DNA of 64,000 nt from an uncultured Chloroflexia bacterium (GTDB lineage: Bacteria; Chloroflexota; Limnocylindria; Limnocylindrales; CSP1-4): contig CAVYBA010000002.1 of NCBI GenBank assembly GCA_963766675.1, positions 1,978,806-2,042,805 on the forward strand, given 5' to 3'. Under the pieces are notes generated by a model. It searched no databases, was not told where the DNA came from, and saw only the letters and a list, made by a program, of their open reading frames with translations. A program made the position numbers and the translations under genes. This document shows positions 49,235-57,375 of the stretch, one piece after another; position 1 is the first letter of the stretch; every line of letters starts with the position of its first letter.

Positions 49235-50576
49235 TGGACACCACTCCGTTCGGCGTGGCCTGACGGGCGGCGAGCGCCTCGCCCAGCGTGTCCAGGCGCG
49301 CGATCACCACCGGCGCGTGGACGAGGTACTTCGCGTCGTCGAAGCAGGCGTCGAGCTCGGCAAGCGATAGCCGTTGGGCGACGAGGGCGTCGACGGCCAG
49401 GAGCTCGCGCAAAGACAAGCGGTCGTCGGCGGCTCGCAGGGCGGCGCGCTGGACCACGGCGTAGGCCTCCTCCCTGGCGAGGCCCGCCTCGAGCAGCGCG
49501 CTCAGGACGCGCGACGAAGCATGCAGCCCGAACCCGCGGTCGATGTTCTCGCGCATCCGCTCGGACCGGACGACCAGGCCCTCGACGAGTCCGGTCATCT
49601 TCACCAGCATGTAGTCGAGCACGATCGTCGAGTCGGGCAGGATGACTCGCTCGGCGCTGCTGTGGCTGATGTCGCGCTCGTGCCACAGCGGCTGGTCTTC
49701 GAGCGCCGTGTGGGCGTACCCGCGGAGCAGCCGCGCGAGCCCGGCGATCCGTTCCGACAGGATCGGGTTGCGCTTGTGGGGCATGGCCGACGAGCCTTTC
49801 TGGCCGGTCCTGAACGGCTCCTGGAGCTCGCCGATCTCCGTGTGCTGGAGGTTCCGGACCTCGGTCGCGAAACGCTCGAGCGACCCGCCGAGGACAGCCA
49901 TGGCCCCCAGCAGTGCGGCGTGCCGGTCGCGCTGGACGATCTGGCTGCTGACCGGATCCACGCGCAGGTCCAGCGCCGCCAGCACGTCGGCTTCCACGTC
50001 GGGGCCGAGGTGGCTGTACGTCCCGACCGGCCCGGAGATCTTCCCGGTCGCGATCTCGTCGACCGCGGCGGCCAGCCGAACCCGGCCCCGGTCGAGCTCG
50101 AACGCCCAGCCGGCGAGCTTGAGCCCGAGCGTCGTTGGTTCGGCATGGACCGAGTGGGTACGGCCCATCATCACGGTGTCGGCCTCGGCCCGGGCCCGCG
50201 CGATGGTGACCGCGAGGAGACGATCGACATCGGCCAGCAGCCGCTGGCCGGCGGCCTGCAGCTGGAGGGCGAGGGCGGTGTCGACGACGTCGCTGCTGGT
50301 CAGGCCGAAATGCAGGAAGCGGCCCTCGGGGCCGACCGACTCCGCGACCTGGCTGACGAAGGCGATGATGTCGTGGTCGGTCGTCCGCTCGATCTCGGCG
50401 ATCCGGTCGGCGTCGATCCGCGCACGGGACTCGAGGATCGCCGGGACGTCGGCCGGGATGAGCCCGCCTGCCGCCTCGGCGCGGGCGACCGCCAGCTCGA
50501 CGCGGAGCATCGCCTCGAAGCGGGACGCCTCGGACCAGATCGCCCCCATCTCGGGAAGCGTGTACCGGCGGATCAC
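49224..50576 (-). CDS. purB: Adenylosuccinate lyase
   Basis: 450 aa from GTG 50576 (VIRRYTLPEMGAIWSEASRF aligns with the canonical PurB N-terminus). Signature GSSAMPHKRNP. The track start at 51044 overlaps purD and is rejected. Confidence 0.9.
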   Translation of the reverse strand: MIRRYTLPEMGAIWSEASRFEAMLRVELAVARAEAAGGLIPADVPAILESRARIDADRIAEIERTTDHDIIAFVSQVAESVGPEGRFLHFGLTSSDVVDTALALQLQAAGQRLLADVDRLLAVTIARARAEADTVMMGRTHSVHAEPTTLGLKLAGWAFELDRGRVRLAAAVDEIATGKISGPVGTYSHLGPDVEADVLAALDLRVDPVSSQIVQRDRHAALLGAMAVLGGSLERFATEVRNLQHTEIGELQEPFRTGQKGSSAMPHKRNPILSERIAGLARLLRGYAHTALEDQPLWHERDISHSSAERVILPDSTIVLDYMLVKMTGLVEGLVVRSERMRENIDRGFGLHASSRVLSALLEAGLAREEAYAVVQRAALRAADDRLSLRELLAVDALVAQRLSLAELDACFDDAKYLVHAPVVIARLDTLGEALAARQATPNGVVSNAG

Positions 50577-50589
50577 GATCGGGCCCCCA

Positions 50590-51921
50590 TCAGCGGCCCG
50601 CCGCGACCGCGGCCGCCAGCCCGATGTCACGCCGGTAGTGCAAACCGGGTGCCCGGACCAGCTCAGCAGCCGCCCGCGCGGCGTCGCCGGCCGCGGCCAG
50701 ATCGGCGCCATGAGCCACGACCGACAGCACGCGCCCGCCGGCCGTCCGAACCGCACCGTCGGGGTCCAGGGTCGTGCCGGCATGGAAGAGGAGCGTCCCG
50801 CAGGCGGCGGCGTGGTCCAGCCCGTTGATCGGGTCGCCAGTCCGAGGGCGGCCGGGGTAGCCGGCCGCCGCCAGCACGAGGGCGACGGTTGCACCCGCCA
50901 GGTCTGGCAGCCGCCCGCTCGCCAGGATCGAGGCCGGCAGCGCCGAGCGCAGGTCGCCGCGCGCCGCCGCGAGCAGGAGCGGTCCGAGCGCGGTCGCCAA
51001 TCGAGGCAGGATCGCCTGCGTCTCGGGGTCGCCGAAGCGCGCATTGCACTCGAGCAGGACGGGACCTTGCTCGGTCAGGATGAGGCCGGCATAGAGCGCT
51101 CCACGGAACGGCTTGCCGCGCCGCGACAGCTCAGCCAGGATGGGCCGCTGGAACGTGTCGAGCAACGAGCCGACGCGCTCGTCAGGGAGGTCGGGCAGCG
51201 GGCTGTAGGCGCCCATCCCGCCGGTATTGGGCCCGCTGTCACCGTCGCCGACCCGCTTGTGATCGCGCGACAGCGGAAGCGCCACGGCCTCGCGGCCATC
51301 GCAGATCGCGATCAGGCTGGCCTCCGGACCGGACAGCCGCTCCTCGATCACGACCGTGCCCGTCGCATCTGCGGCGAACAACGACTCGATGGCCATGTCG
51401 GCCTGGTCCGTCGTGTCGCACACGGTCACGCCCTTGCCGGCGGCCAGTCCGTCCGCCTTCACGACCGCGCCCCGACCCGCGTCGGTCAGCGCGGCCGCGA
51501 ACCTCCGGGCGCCGTCCGGGTCCCGGAACGAGGCCGCGCGCGCCATGGGCACGCCTGCCGCGGCAGCAACCTCATGGCAGAACGCCTTGCTGGTTTCGAT
51601 CCTCGCGGCCGACCGCGATGGGCCAAAGACCGCAATCCCGGCCTTGCGGAGCGCATCGCTCACCCCGGCCGCGAGCACCGCCTCGGGCCCGATCACGACG
51701 AGCTCGACCGCCTCGCGCCGGGCGACGGCCACGACCGCGGCCGGATCGAGCGGGTCGATGCCCGCAACGCACCGGACGCGCGGCTCGCGGCCGATCGCCT
51801 GGCTTCCCGGCGCGACGACGACCTCGTTGCCACCCGGCTCCGACGCGAGCTTCCAGGCCAGTGCGTGCTCCCGCCCACCGCTCCCGACGATCATCGTCCG
51901 CGTGGGGGCGATCGCGGTCAC
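50590..51921 (-). CDS. purD: Phosphoribosylamine--glycine ligase
   Basis: GTG 51921 overlaps the purA stop (GTGA); ATG 51894 is an alternative. VGSGGREHALAWKL and an ATP-grasp body. Confidence 0.92.
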   Translation of the reverse strand: MTAIAPTRTMIVGSGGREHALAWKLASEPGGNEVVVAPGSQAIGREPRVRCVAGIDPLDPAAVVAVARREAVELVVIGPEAVLAAGVSDALRKAGIAVFGPSRSAARIETSKAFCHEVAAAAGVPMARAASFRDPDGARRFAAALTDAGRGAVVKADGLAAGKGVTVCDTTDQADMAIESLFAADATGTVVIEERLSGPEASLIAICDGREAVALPLSRDHKRVGDGDSGPNTGGMGAYSPLPDLPDERVGSLLDTFQRPILAELSRRGKPFRGALYAGLILTEQGPVLLECNARFGDPETQAILPRLATALGPLLLAAARGDLRSALPASILASGRLPDLAGATVALVLAAAGYPGRPRTGDPINGLDHAAACGTLLFHAGTTLDPDGAVRTAGGRVLSVVAHGADLAAAGDAARAAAELVRAPGLHYRRDIGLAAAVAAGR

Positions 51922-53225
51922 GCCGGCAGCCCCGGTCGTCGCCGCATCGGGCGCCAGGCCCGCTCGATCGTCTGCGTCCGCTCGGGGCCGACCGACACGA
52001 AGATGATCGGCACCCCGGCGTGCTCCTCGATCGCGCTGACGTAGCGCCGCGCGTTCAATGGCAGGTCGCCGAGCGAGCGCACGTCGTGGATCGGCTCCGC
52101 CCAGCCGGGAAAGTCCTCGTAGATCGGCGTCGCCCGAGACAGTGATGCGCCGCTCGACGGCCAGCTCTCGACGCGCTGGCCGTCCATCGAATAGGCGACG
52201 CACAGCCGGATGGTGTCGATGCCGGACAGGATGTCGAGCTTGTTGAGCGTGATCGAGCTCACGCTGTTGACGGCCACGGCGTAGCGCAGGGGGACCGCAT
52301 CGAACCAGCCCACCCGGCGCGGACGCCCGGTCACCGTGCCGTACTCGTTGCCACGCCTGGCGATCCCCGCTCCGACGTCGTCGAGCAGCTCGGTCGGATA
52401 CGGGCCGGATCCGACGCGGGTCGAATACGCCTTGACGACGCCGATCACCTCGTCGACCTGGAGCGGACCGATCCCGCCCCCCGTGCACGCGCCGCCGGCG
52501 ACCGGGTTCGACGAGGTGACGTAGGGGTAGCTGCCGTGGTCGAGATCGAGGAGCGTCCCCTGGGCGCCCTCGAGGAGGACGTGCTCGCCGCGGGCCAGCG
52601 CACCCTGGACCAGCCAGGTCGTGTCGTCGAGGTGGCCGCGCAGTCGCGCGCCCCAGCCGAGCGCCAGCTCGACGAGCGGCTCCAACTCGAACCGTGCGCC
52701 GCCCATCGACCCCAACAGCAGGTTCTTGTCCGGGAGCACCCGGGCCAGCCGATCACGGACGACCACCGGATCGAGCAGGTCCTCCATGCGCAGGCCGAGC
52801 CGCCAGGCACGGTCCCCATACGCCGGTCCGATTCCCCGCCCGGTCGTGCCAACCTTCGCGTCGGCCAGCCGGGCCTCGTTCCCGAGGTCGAGGGCCACGT
52901 GGTACGGCATGATCACGTGCGCGCTCCGGCTGACCCGCACTCGCGACACGTCGATGCCGCGCGTCGTGAGCATGTCGAGCTCGGCGATCAGGGTCACCGG
53001 GTTGACGACCACCCCGTTCCCGATCACCGACGTGATGTGCGGGTAGAGCACGCCCGAGGGAGTCAGCCGGAGCTTGAAAACCTCGTCGCCCTTGACCACG
53101 GTATGGCCGGCGTTGTCGCCGCCCTGGTAGCGCACAACCATCGCGACCTGCTCGGCAAGGAAGTCCGTCATCTTGCCCTTGCCCTCGTCGCCCCACTGCA
53201 GCCCGACGATCACGGTGGCCGGCAT
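51918..53225 (-). CDS. purA: Adenylosuccinate synthetase
   Basis: 435 aa from ATG 53225 (MPATVIVGLQWGDEGKGK). The 953-aa track ORF extension to 54779 is rejected. Confidence 0.95.
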   Translation of the reverse strand: MPATVIVGLQWGDEGKGKMTDFLAEQVAMVVRYQGGDNAGHTVVKGDEVFKLRLTPSGVLYPHITSVIGNGVVVNPVTLIAELDMLTTRGIDVSRVRVSRSAHVIMPYHVALDLGNEARLADAKVGTTGRGIGPAYGDRAWRLGLRMEDLLDPVVVRDRLARVLPDKNLLLGSMGGARFELEPLVELALGWGARLRGHLDDTTWLVQGALARGEHVLLEGAQGTLLDLDHGSYPYVTSSNPVAGGACTGGGIGPLQVDEVIGVVKAYSTRVGSGPYPTELLDDVGAGIARRGNEYGTVTGRPRRVGWFDAVPLRYAVAVNSVSSITLNKLDILSGIDTIRLCVAYSMDGQRVESWPSSGASLSRATPIYEDFPGWAEPIHDVRSLGDLPLNARRYVSAIEEHAGVPIIFVSVGPERTQTIERAWRPMRRRPGLPA

Positions 53226-53408
53226 CAACGCCGCTCCACGTTGCCATGCGCGGTGTTTCCATGCGCGCCCATGTTGATGCCCGCCATCCGCGGGCGGTCG
53301 ACGGCAAGGCGGAGGCGAGCACGTGATCGAGCGCACCCTGAGATGCGCGAGCGAGGGAGCGGAGCCGACAACGCCGCCATCGGCCGATCGAGCCATGGGG
53401 TCCACATG

Positions 53409-53436
53409 AAAAAGCCCCTCCCCCAGGGGGGTGGGC
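53409..53436 (-). terminator. Intrinsic-terminator-like hairpin plus U5 tract on the purA strand, 183 nt upstream of the purA ATG
   Basis: Minus strand reads GCCCACCCCCCTGGGGGAGGGGC followed by TTTTT. A run of five A/T is rare in this window. Confidence 0.5.
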
Positions 53437-53699
53437 CGACCCGGATAGACCTCTCCCGCGTCGCGCCGCCGGCGCTCCGACGGATCATCGTTGTCCGGTC
53501 GCTCGAGCGCCTCACGGGACGACCGATGCGCCTTGCAAGCGCGATCGCTGACCTCCTGGTCCGCGGGCCCGGCCCGCCTGCTTGAGGAGGCAGGAGTATA
53601 GCAGGGCGAACCCGTCCGAAACCCAGCGAGCGCTGCGCGGTACGACCGGCGACGGCCGCTCGGTACCTTCGGACAACCCGCCCGAACGCCCTCGGCGGC

Positions 53700-53705
53700 T
53701 AGCCT
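53700..53705 (+). promoter_or_regulatory. -10-like TAGCCT exactly 6 nt upstream of GTG 53712 (putative leaderless promoter)
   Basis: cggcTAGCCTtgacagGTGATG. No SD. Confidence 0.4.
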
Positions 53706-53711
53706 TGACAG

Positions 53712-55418
53712 GTGATGCGCCTCCTCGGATTCCTGGCGCTCGCGGCTCCGGTCGTGCTCGGAATCCTGCTGCTGGGCCAGCCGGCCAGCCTGTCGTCCCT
53801 CGGCGACAACGAACGCTCCGTCATCGCCGCCTTGGCCGAGGCCACGATCGGCGTGTGCCTGACCATGGGCGCCGTCCAGCTTCGGCACAACCTGCGGCTC
53901 CGGCGGCTGGTCAAGGCGTCCGAGAGGATTGCCGCCGGCGACTACACGGTCGGCCTCACGACGAGCGGTCGCGGACTCGAGGGGCGACTGGCGACCGCCA
54001 TCAACCGCATCTCGGTCTCGCTCGCCGATACCTACGACCGCGCGACGATCGACCGACTGACCGGCGTGTTCAACCGGCAGGCCCTGCTGGCGGAGCTGTT
54101 CGCCGAGGTCGAGCGCGCGTCGCGCTACGACCGGCCCCTGTCCGTCGCGTTCGTTGACATCGACCATTTCAAGGTGGTCAACGACACCTACGGCCACGGC
54201 GCCGGCGACATCGTCCTGCGGGGCGTGGCGCAGGTCCTGTCGGCAAACATGCGCGCGAGCGACGTGGTCGGTCGGTACGGTGGCGAGGAGTTCATGCTGA
54301 TCCTTGCCGAGACCGCCGTCGAGGAGGGCGCGGTGCTCGCCGAGAAGCTGAGGTCCATCGTCGAACGCGAGCGGTTCGCCGTCGAGGGCGAGCAGAACGT
54401 GTCCGTGACGATCTCGGTCGGCATCGTCGGCGGCTTCGGCGACCAGCTGCGGATGGAGGCGCTCGTCCGCGACGCCGACGCAGCGATGTACTCGGCCAAG
54501 TCCCTCGGCCGGAACCAGACGTATGTCTTCGCCGAGCCGAACGACGATGCGCGCGTCCCGCGTGCACCCATCTCGGCGGCCGGTCGATCGCGAGCCGTCG
54601 ACATCGGGCGCCGGGCCCGTGAAGCGGCGACCGGCGCGTTGCTCGAAGTCGTGGCGTCGCTTCCTCAGTACCGTGGGCGGCCATCGGCGGTCATCACGAC
54701 GATCGTCGAGTCGATGGCGCGCACCCTGCAGCTGCCCGATGCCGAGGTCGAACGGATCCGGGTCGCGGCGCTGCTCCACGATATCGGCAAGCTGGCGCTG
54801 CCCGACGAGATCCTGGACAAGCGGGCGGCGCTGACGTCAGCGGATTGGCGGAGCGTCGTCCAGCATCCCCGTGTCGGCCAGGTCATCCTCGAACAGGCGG
54901 CCGCACTCAAGGATGCCATCCCGATCATCCTCCACCATCATGAGCGGTTCGCCGGTCACGGCTACCCGTACGGCCTGCGGGCCACCGAGATCCCGCTCGG
55001 CGCCCGGATCGTGGCCATCGCCGATGCCTACGACGCCATGGTCAACGATCGACCGTACAAGGCCGCGATCAGCCACGAGGCGGCGCTCGACGAGCTTCGT
55101 CGGCATGCCGGCACCCAGTTCGACCCCGAGCTCGTCACGTTGTTCTGCGACCTGTTCGCCGTGACCGCCCCCGCACCCGATCCGCGGGTGCCGGAGCTGG
55201 GCGCTCGCGCGAGCGGGACCCATGACCGCCGCGTCGAGGAGCAACAGGCGTCGCCCGAGGACCATCGGAAGCGCGCATCGCGAGCGGGCCCATCCAGCAC
55301 GAAGACCATGGCATCCGAGGGCGGCATGACCATGGATCTCGGCGGCCGCGCTGCCGGCGAGCGGAGGACGGGCAAGCATCCGACGAACCCGAGGGGGCGA
55401 GGTCGGGCGGCGGGCTGA
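53712..55418 (+). CDS. Membrane-anchored GGDEF diguanylate cyclase fused to an HD-GYP phosphodiesterase domain
   Basis: 568 aa. Two N-terminal TM helices. GGDEF domain with GGEEF and an RASD I-site 5 residues upstream. HD-GYP domain with LLHDIGK and HHHERFAGHGYPYG. Confidence 0.9.
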   Translation: MMRLLGFLALAAPVVLGILLLGQPASLSSLGDNERSVIAALAEATIGVCLTMGAVQLRHNLRLRRLVKASERIAAGDYTVGLTTSGRGLEGRLATAINRISVSLADTYDRATIDRLTGVFNRQALLAELFAEVERASRYDRPLSVAFVDIDHFKVVNDTYGHGAGDIVLRGVAQVLSANMRASDVVGRYGGEEFMLILAETAVEEGAVLAEKLRSIVERERFAVEGEQNVSVTISVGIVGGFGDQLRMEALVRDADAAMYSAKSLGRNQTYVFAEPNDDARVPRAPISAAGRSRAVDIGRRAREAATGALLEVVASLPQYRGRPSAVITTIVESMARTLQLPDAEVERIRVAALLHDIGKLALPDEILDKRAALTSADWRSVVQHPRVGQVILEQAAALKDAIPIILHHHERFAGHGYPYGLRATEIPLGARIVAIADAYDAMVNDRPYKAAISHEAALDELRRHAGTQFDPELVTLFCDLFAVTAPAPDPRVPELGARASGTHDRRVEEQQASPEDHRKRASRAGPSSTKTMASEGGMTMDLGGRAAGERRTGKHPTNPRGRGRAAG

Positions 55419-55507
55419 TCGAGTCGCATCCGCCCGCCGCCGGCCCGGCCTTTCCGGGATCGGGCGCGGCGTCGGCGCGATTTGCCCATTCGGCGCAGGA
55501 TTCGGGC

Positions 55508-56524
55508 ATGGCGGATCCGCAGCGCCGCCTCCGGTCGGTCCTCGGACTGATCGTTGCGGCGAGCCTGACCATCGCCACGCTCGGTCTGCCGAGATCGGCT
55601 GTCGCGGCCGACTCGATGCCCGCCTGGCACGGCGGGATCGATCTGTATCGCGGCGGCGTGTACTCGGTCCAGCGCAGTTGGCTGTGGTGCACCGCGGCCG
55701 GCGTCCAGATCGTTCGGAACATCGTGGCTGTCGAGGCGGACCATACGGCCGCCGCCCAGCGGCGGTACTTCGCATGGATGCGAGCCAACAATCGGTACCA
55801 CCTGCCGCTCTCGGGCGGGGTCGACCCGCAGGGTTGGGCCGCCGGGTTGCGTCACTTCGTGGACCCCCAGTACCAGGTCGTCGCGAGCACCACGTTCGAC
55901 GACGCGCTGCGATCCGCGGCCCGACGGCTTCGCGAGACGAATCTGCCGGTCGCGCTCACCGTGTCGCACGGCGACCACGGCTGGATCCTCACCGGCTTCA
56001 CCGCCGCGGCCGATCCGCTCAGGACGGCGTCGTTCAAGATCACCAGCGTACGGGTCACGGGTCCGCTGTACGGCCTCCAGAGCCGGAACGGCTATGACAT
56101 GCGACCCGACACGCGGCTCACGCCGACGCAGCTGCGACGGTTCTTCACGCCGTGGAAGTACATCCCGATGCGGATGGTCTGGGATGGCCGATACGTCTCG
56201 ATCCAGCCGGTTCCGGCCGCGGTTGCGGCCGCGCCCAGGGTTCCGCCGTCCACGACGAGCCGGCTTGCGGCGGGGGGCGCGGCCACCGGTCGGGCGAGGC
56301 CCGCGGCCTCGGTCGGCCCCGCCGACGACCCGCCGCGTGATTCCGCGTCGAACGCGGTCGGCGCGAACACCGTGAGTGCCGATCCGACCGTGGGACTTGC
56401 CGCAATGTTGGCGGTTGGATCCCTCTCGGCACTGTTCCTGACCGCTCGGCTCCGGCTCGGGGGGCGTCGCGCGGTGGGCGGCGCTCACCCGAGGGTCGCG
56501 TCCGCGCCGGTGATCCGCGGGTAA
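55508..56524 (+). CDS. Secreted papain-fold (C39-like) cysteine-peptidase-like protein with a C-terminal hydrophobic anchor
   Basis: 338 aa. Signal peptide LGLIVAASLTIATLGLPRSAVAA. Q-x5-C arrangement (VQRSWLWCTAAG) and downstream SHGDHGWILTGF, a candidate catalytic His. Low-complexity linker, then LAAMLAVGSLSALFLTARLRLGGRR. Family assignment is tentative. Confidence 0.5.
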   Translation: MADPQRRLRSVLGLIVAASLTIATLGLPRSAVAADSMPAWHGGIDLYRGGVYSVQRSWLWCTAAGVQIVRNIVAVEADHTAAAQRRYFAWMRANNRYHLPLSGGVDPQGWAAGLRHFVDPQYQVVASTTFDDALRSAARRLRETNLPVALTVSHGDHGWILTGFTAAADPLRTASFKITSVRVTGPLYGLQSRNGYDMRPDTRLTPTQLRRFFTPWKYIPMRMVWDGRYVSIQPVPAAVAAAPRVPPSTTSRLAAGGAATGRARPAASVGPADDPPRDSASNAVGANTVSADPTVGLAAMLAVGSLSALFLTARLRLGGRRAVGGAHPRVASAPVIRG

Positions 56525-56634
56525 GCCGACGATACGCGACCGTGCAGGGCTCGGCGCTAGGTTGGTCCGCATCACCCCGCCGGAACGCAGGGTCGAGATC
56601 GGCGCAGCCGACCGACCGGGAAGGAGATCGGACC

Positions 56635-57105
56635 GTGAACAGGGTCCTCCTCACGGGGCGCCTCACGCGCGACCCGGAGATGCGTGGGCTGGCCAGCGGC
56701 AAGAACGTCACGACGTTCACCGTTGCCAGCAACGAGTTCCTCGGCGGCGGCAAGGAGAAGGCCGAATATCACGCGATCGTGACCTGGGAACGTCTGGCCG
56801 AGATCTGCGGCCGCTACCTCGGCAAGGGCCAGCAGGTCGCGATCGAAGGGCGGCTGCAGACTCGATCCTGGGATGACGAGCGAGGTACCCGGCACTGGAA
56901 GACCGAGGTCGTCGCCTCGCACGTCGAGATGCTGTCCGGACGCCGCAAGAAGGACTACGAGGCACAGCAGGCGGCCGACTCGCTCGCCTCCCAGGCTGCG
57001 GCGCTCGGTGAGGCTTCCGCGGAGGACCCCATCGCGGATGGCGCCTTCGATCCGGGCGACACCGACGATGACACGGAGGACGTTGCCGGGGAGGCCGCCG
57101 CGTAG
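56635..57105 (+). CDS. ssb: Single-stranded DNA-binding protein
   Basis: 156 aa from GTG 56635, with GGAAGGAG upstream. OB fold VNRVLLTGRLTRDPEMR..VAIEGRLQTRSWDD. Acidic tail that does not end in the usual D-D-D-[IL]-P-F. Confidence 0.9.
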   Translation: MNRVLLTGRLTRDPEMRGLASGKNVTTFTVASNEFLGGGKEKAEYHAIVTWERLAEICGRYLGKGQQVAIEGRLQTRSWDDERGTRHWKTEVVASHVEMLSGRRKKDYEAQQAADSLASQAAALGEASAEDPIADGAFDPGDTDDDTEDVAGEAAA

Positions 57106-57135
57106 CCACCGACTCTCCCGTTCAACGGCGGCGGC

Positions 57136-57375
57136 GTGGCCCCCCTCCCACGTCGCCGCCGCCTTCCATCGAGCGGCGCAACGCCGGCATTCGCCGTGGA
57201 GGTCGAGGTCCGGCTCGATGGCTCGTGGACCGGCCGGTCGAAGCTGACAAGCCGGGTTGCGGATGCGCGAGGAACGGTCATCTTCTCGTGGCGACAGGAG
57301 ACGCCCGCCTGGATCAAAGTCACGTTCGTGCTGCCGACGCGTCCGTCCCAAGCCCTTCAGGGTCGATGGCGCTGA
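57136..57375 (+). CDS. Possible small hypothetical protein (very uncertain)
   Basis: 79-codon ORF (GTG start). Third-position G/C looks high by eye, and the central part has a less Arg/Pro-dominated composition (FAVEVEVRLDGSWTGRSKLTSRVADARGTVIFSWRQETPAWIKVTFVL). No RBS or homology recognised. Confidence 0.2.
   Translation: MAPLPRRRRLPSSGATPAFAVEVEVRLDGSWTGRSKLTSRVADARGTVIFSWRQETPAWIKVTFVLPTRPSQALQGRWR

Noticed and set aside
53552-53590. CCUCCU / AGGAGG pairing in the purA leader as an anti-SD/SD sequestering hairpin
   Set aside because: Only 6 bp of complementarity, and no start codon at a functional distance after the AGGAGG. Not strong enough to claim.
43205-53711. Known purine-related riboswitches (guanine/adenine, ZTP/pfl, ykkC-type PRPP) in the purA leader or the purF-purM spacer
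   Set aside because: I looked by eye for the conserved cores (for example CCGCCUGGGC of ZTP, AGGGUUCCG and GGUCCGAGAG of ykkC, and the purine three-way-junction loops) and found none. A covariance-model search is still needed.
51918-54779. N-terminal extensions of track ORFs: purA to 54779, purD to 52488, purB to 51044, gatC to 26687, ligA to 29417, hydroxyacid dehydrogenase to 30819, rsmI to 58709, GNAT from 25323, TerB from 1570
   Set aside because: In every case the homologous protein begins at an internal ATG/GTG/TTG. That start either overlaps the upstream stop by 4 nt, follows an SD, or lies 6 nt after a -10-like hexamer. The extensions overlap neighbouring real genes or the tRNA.
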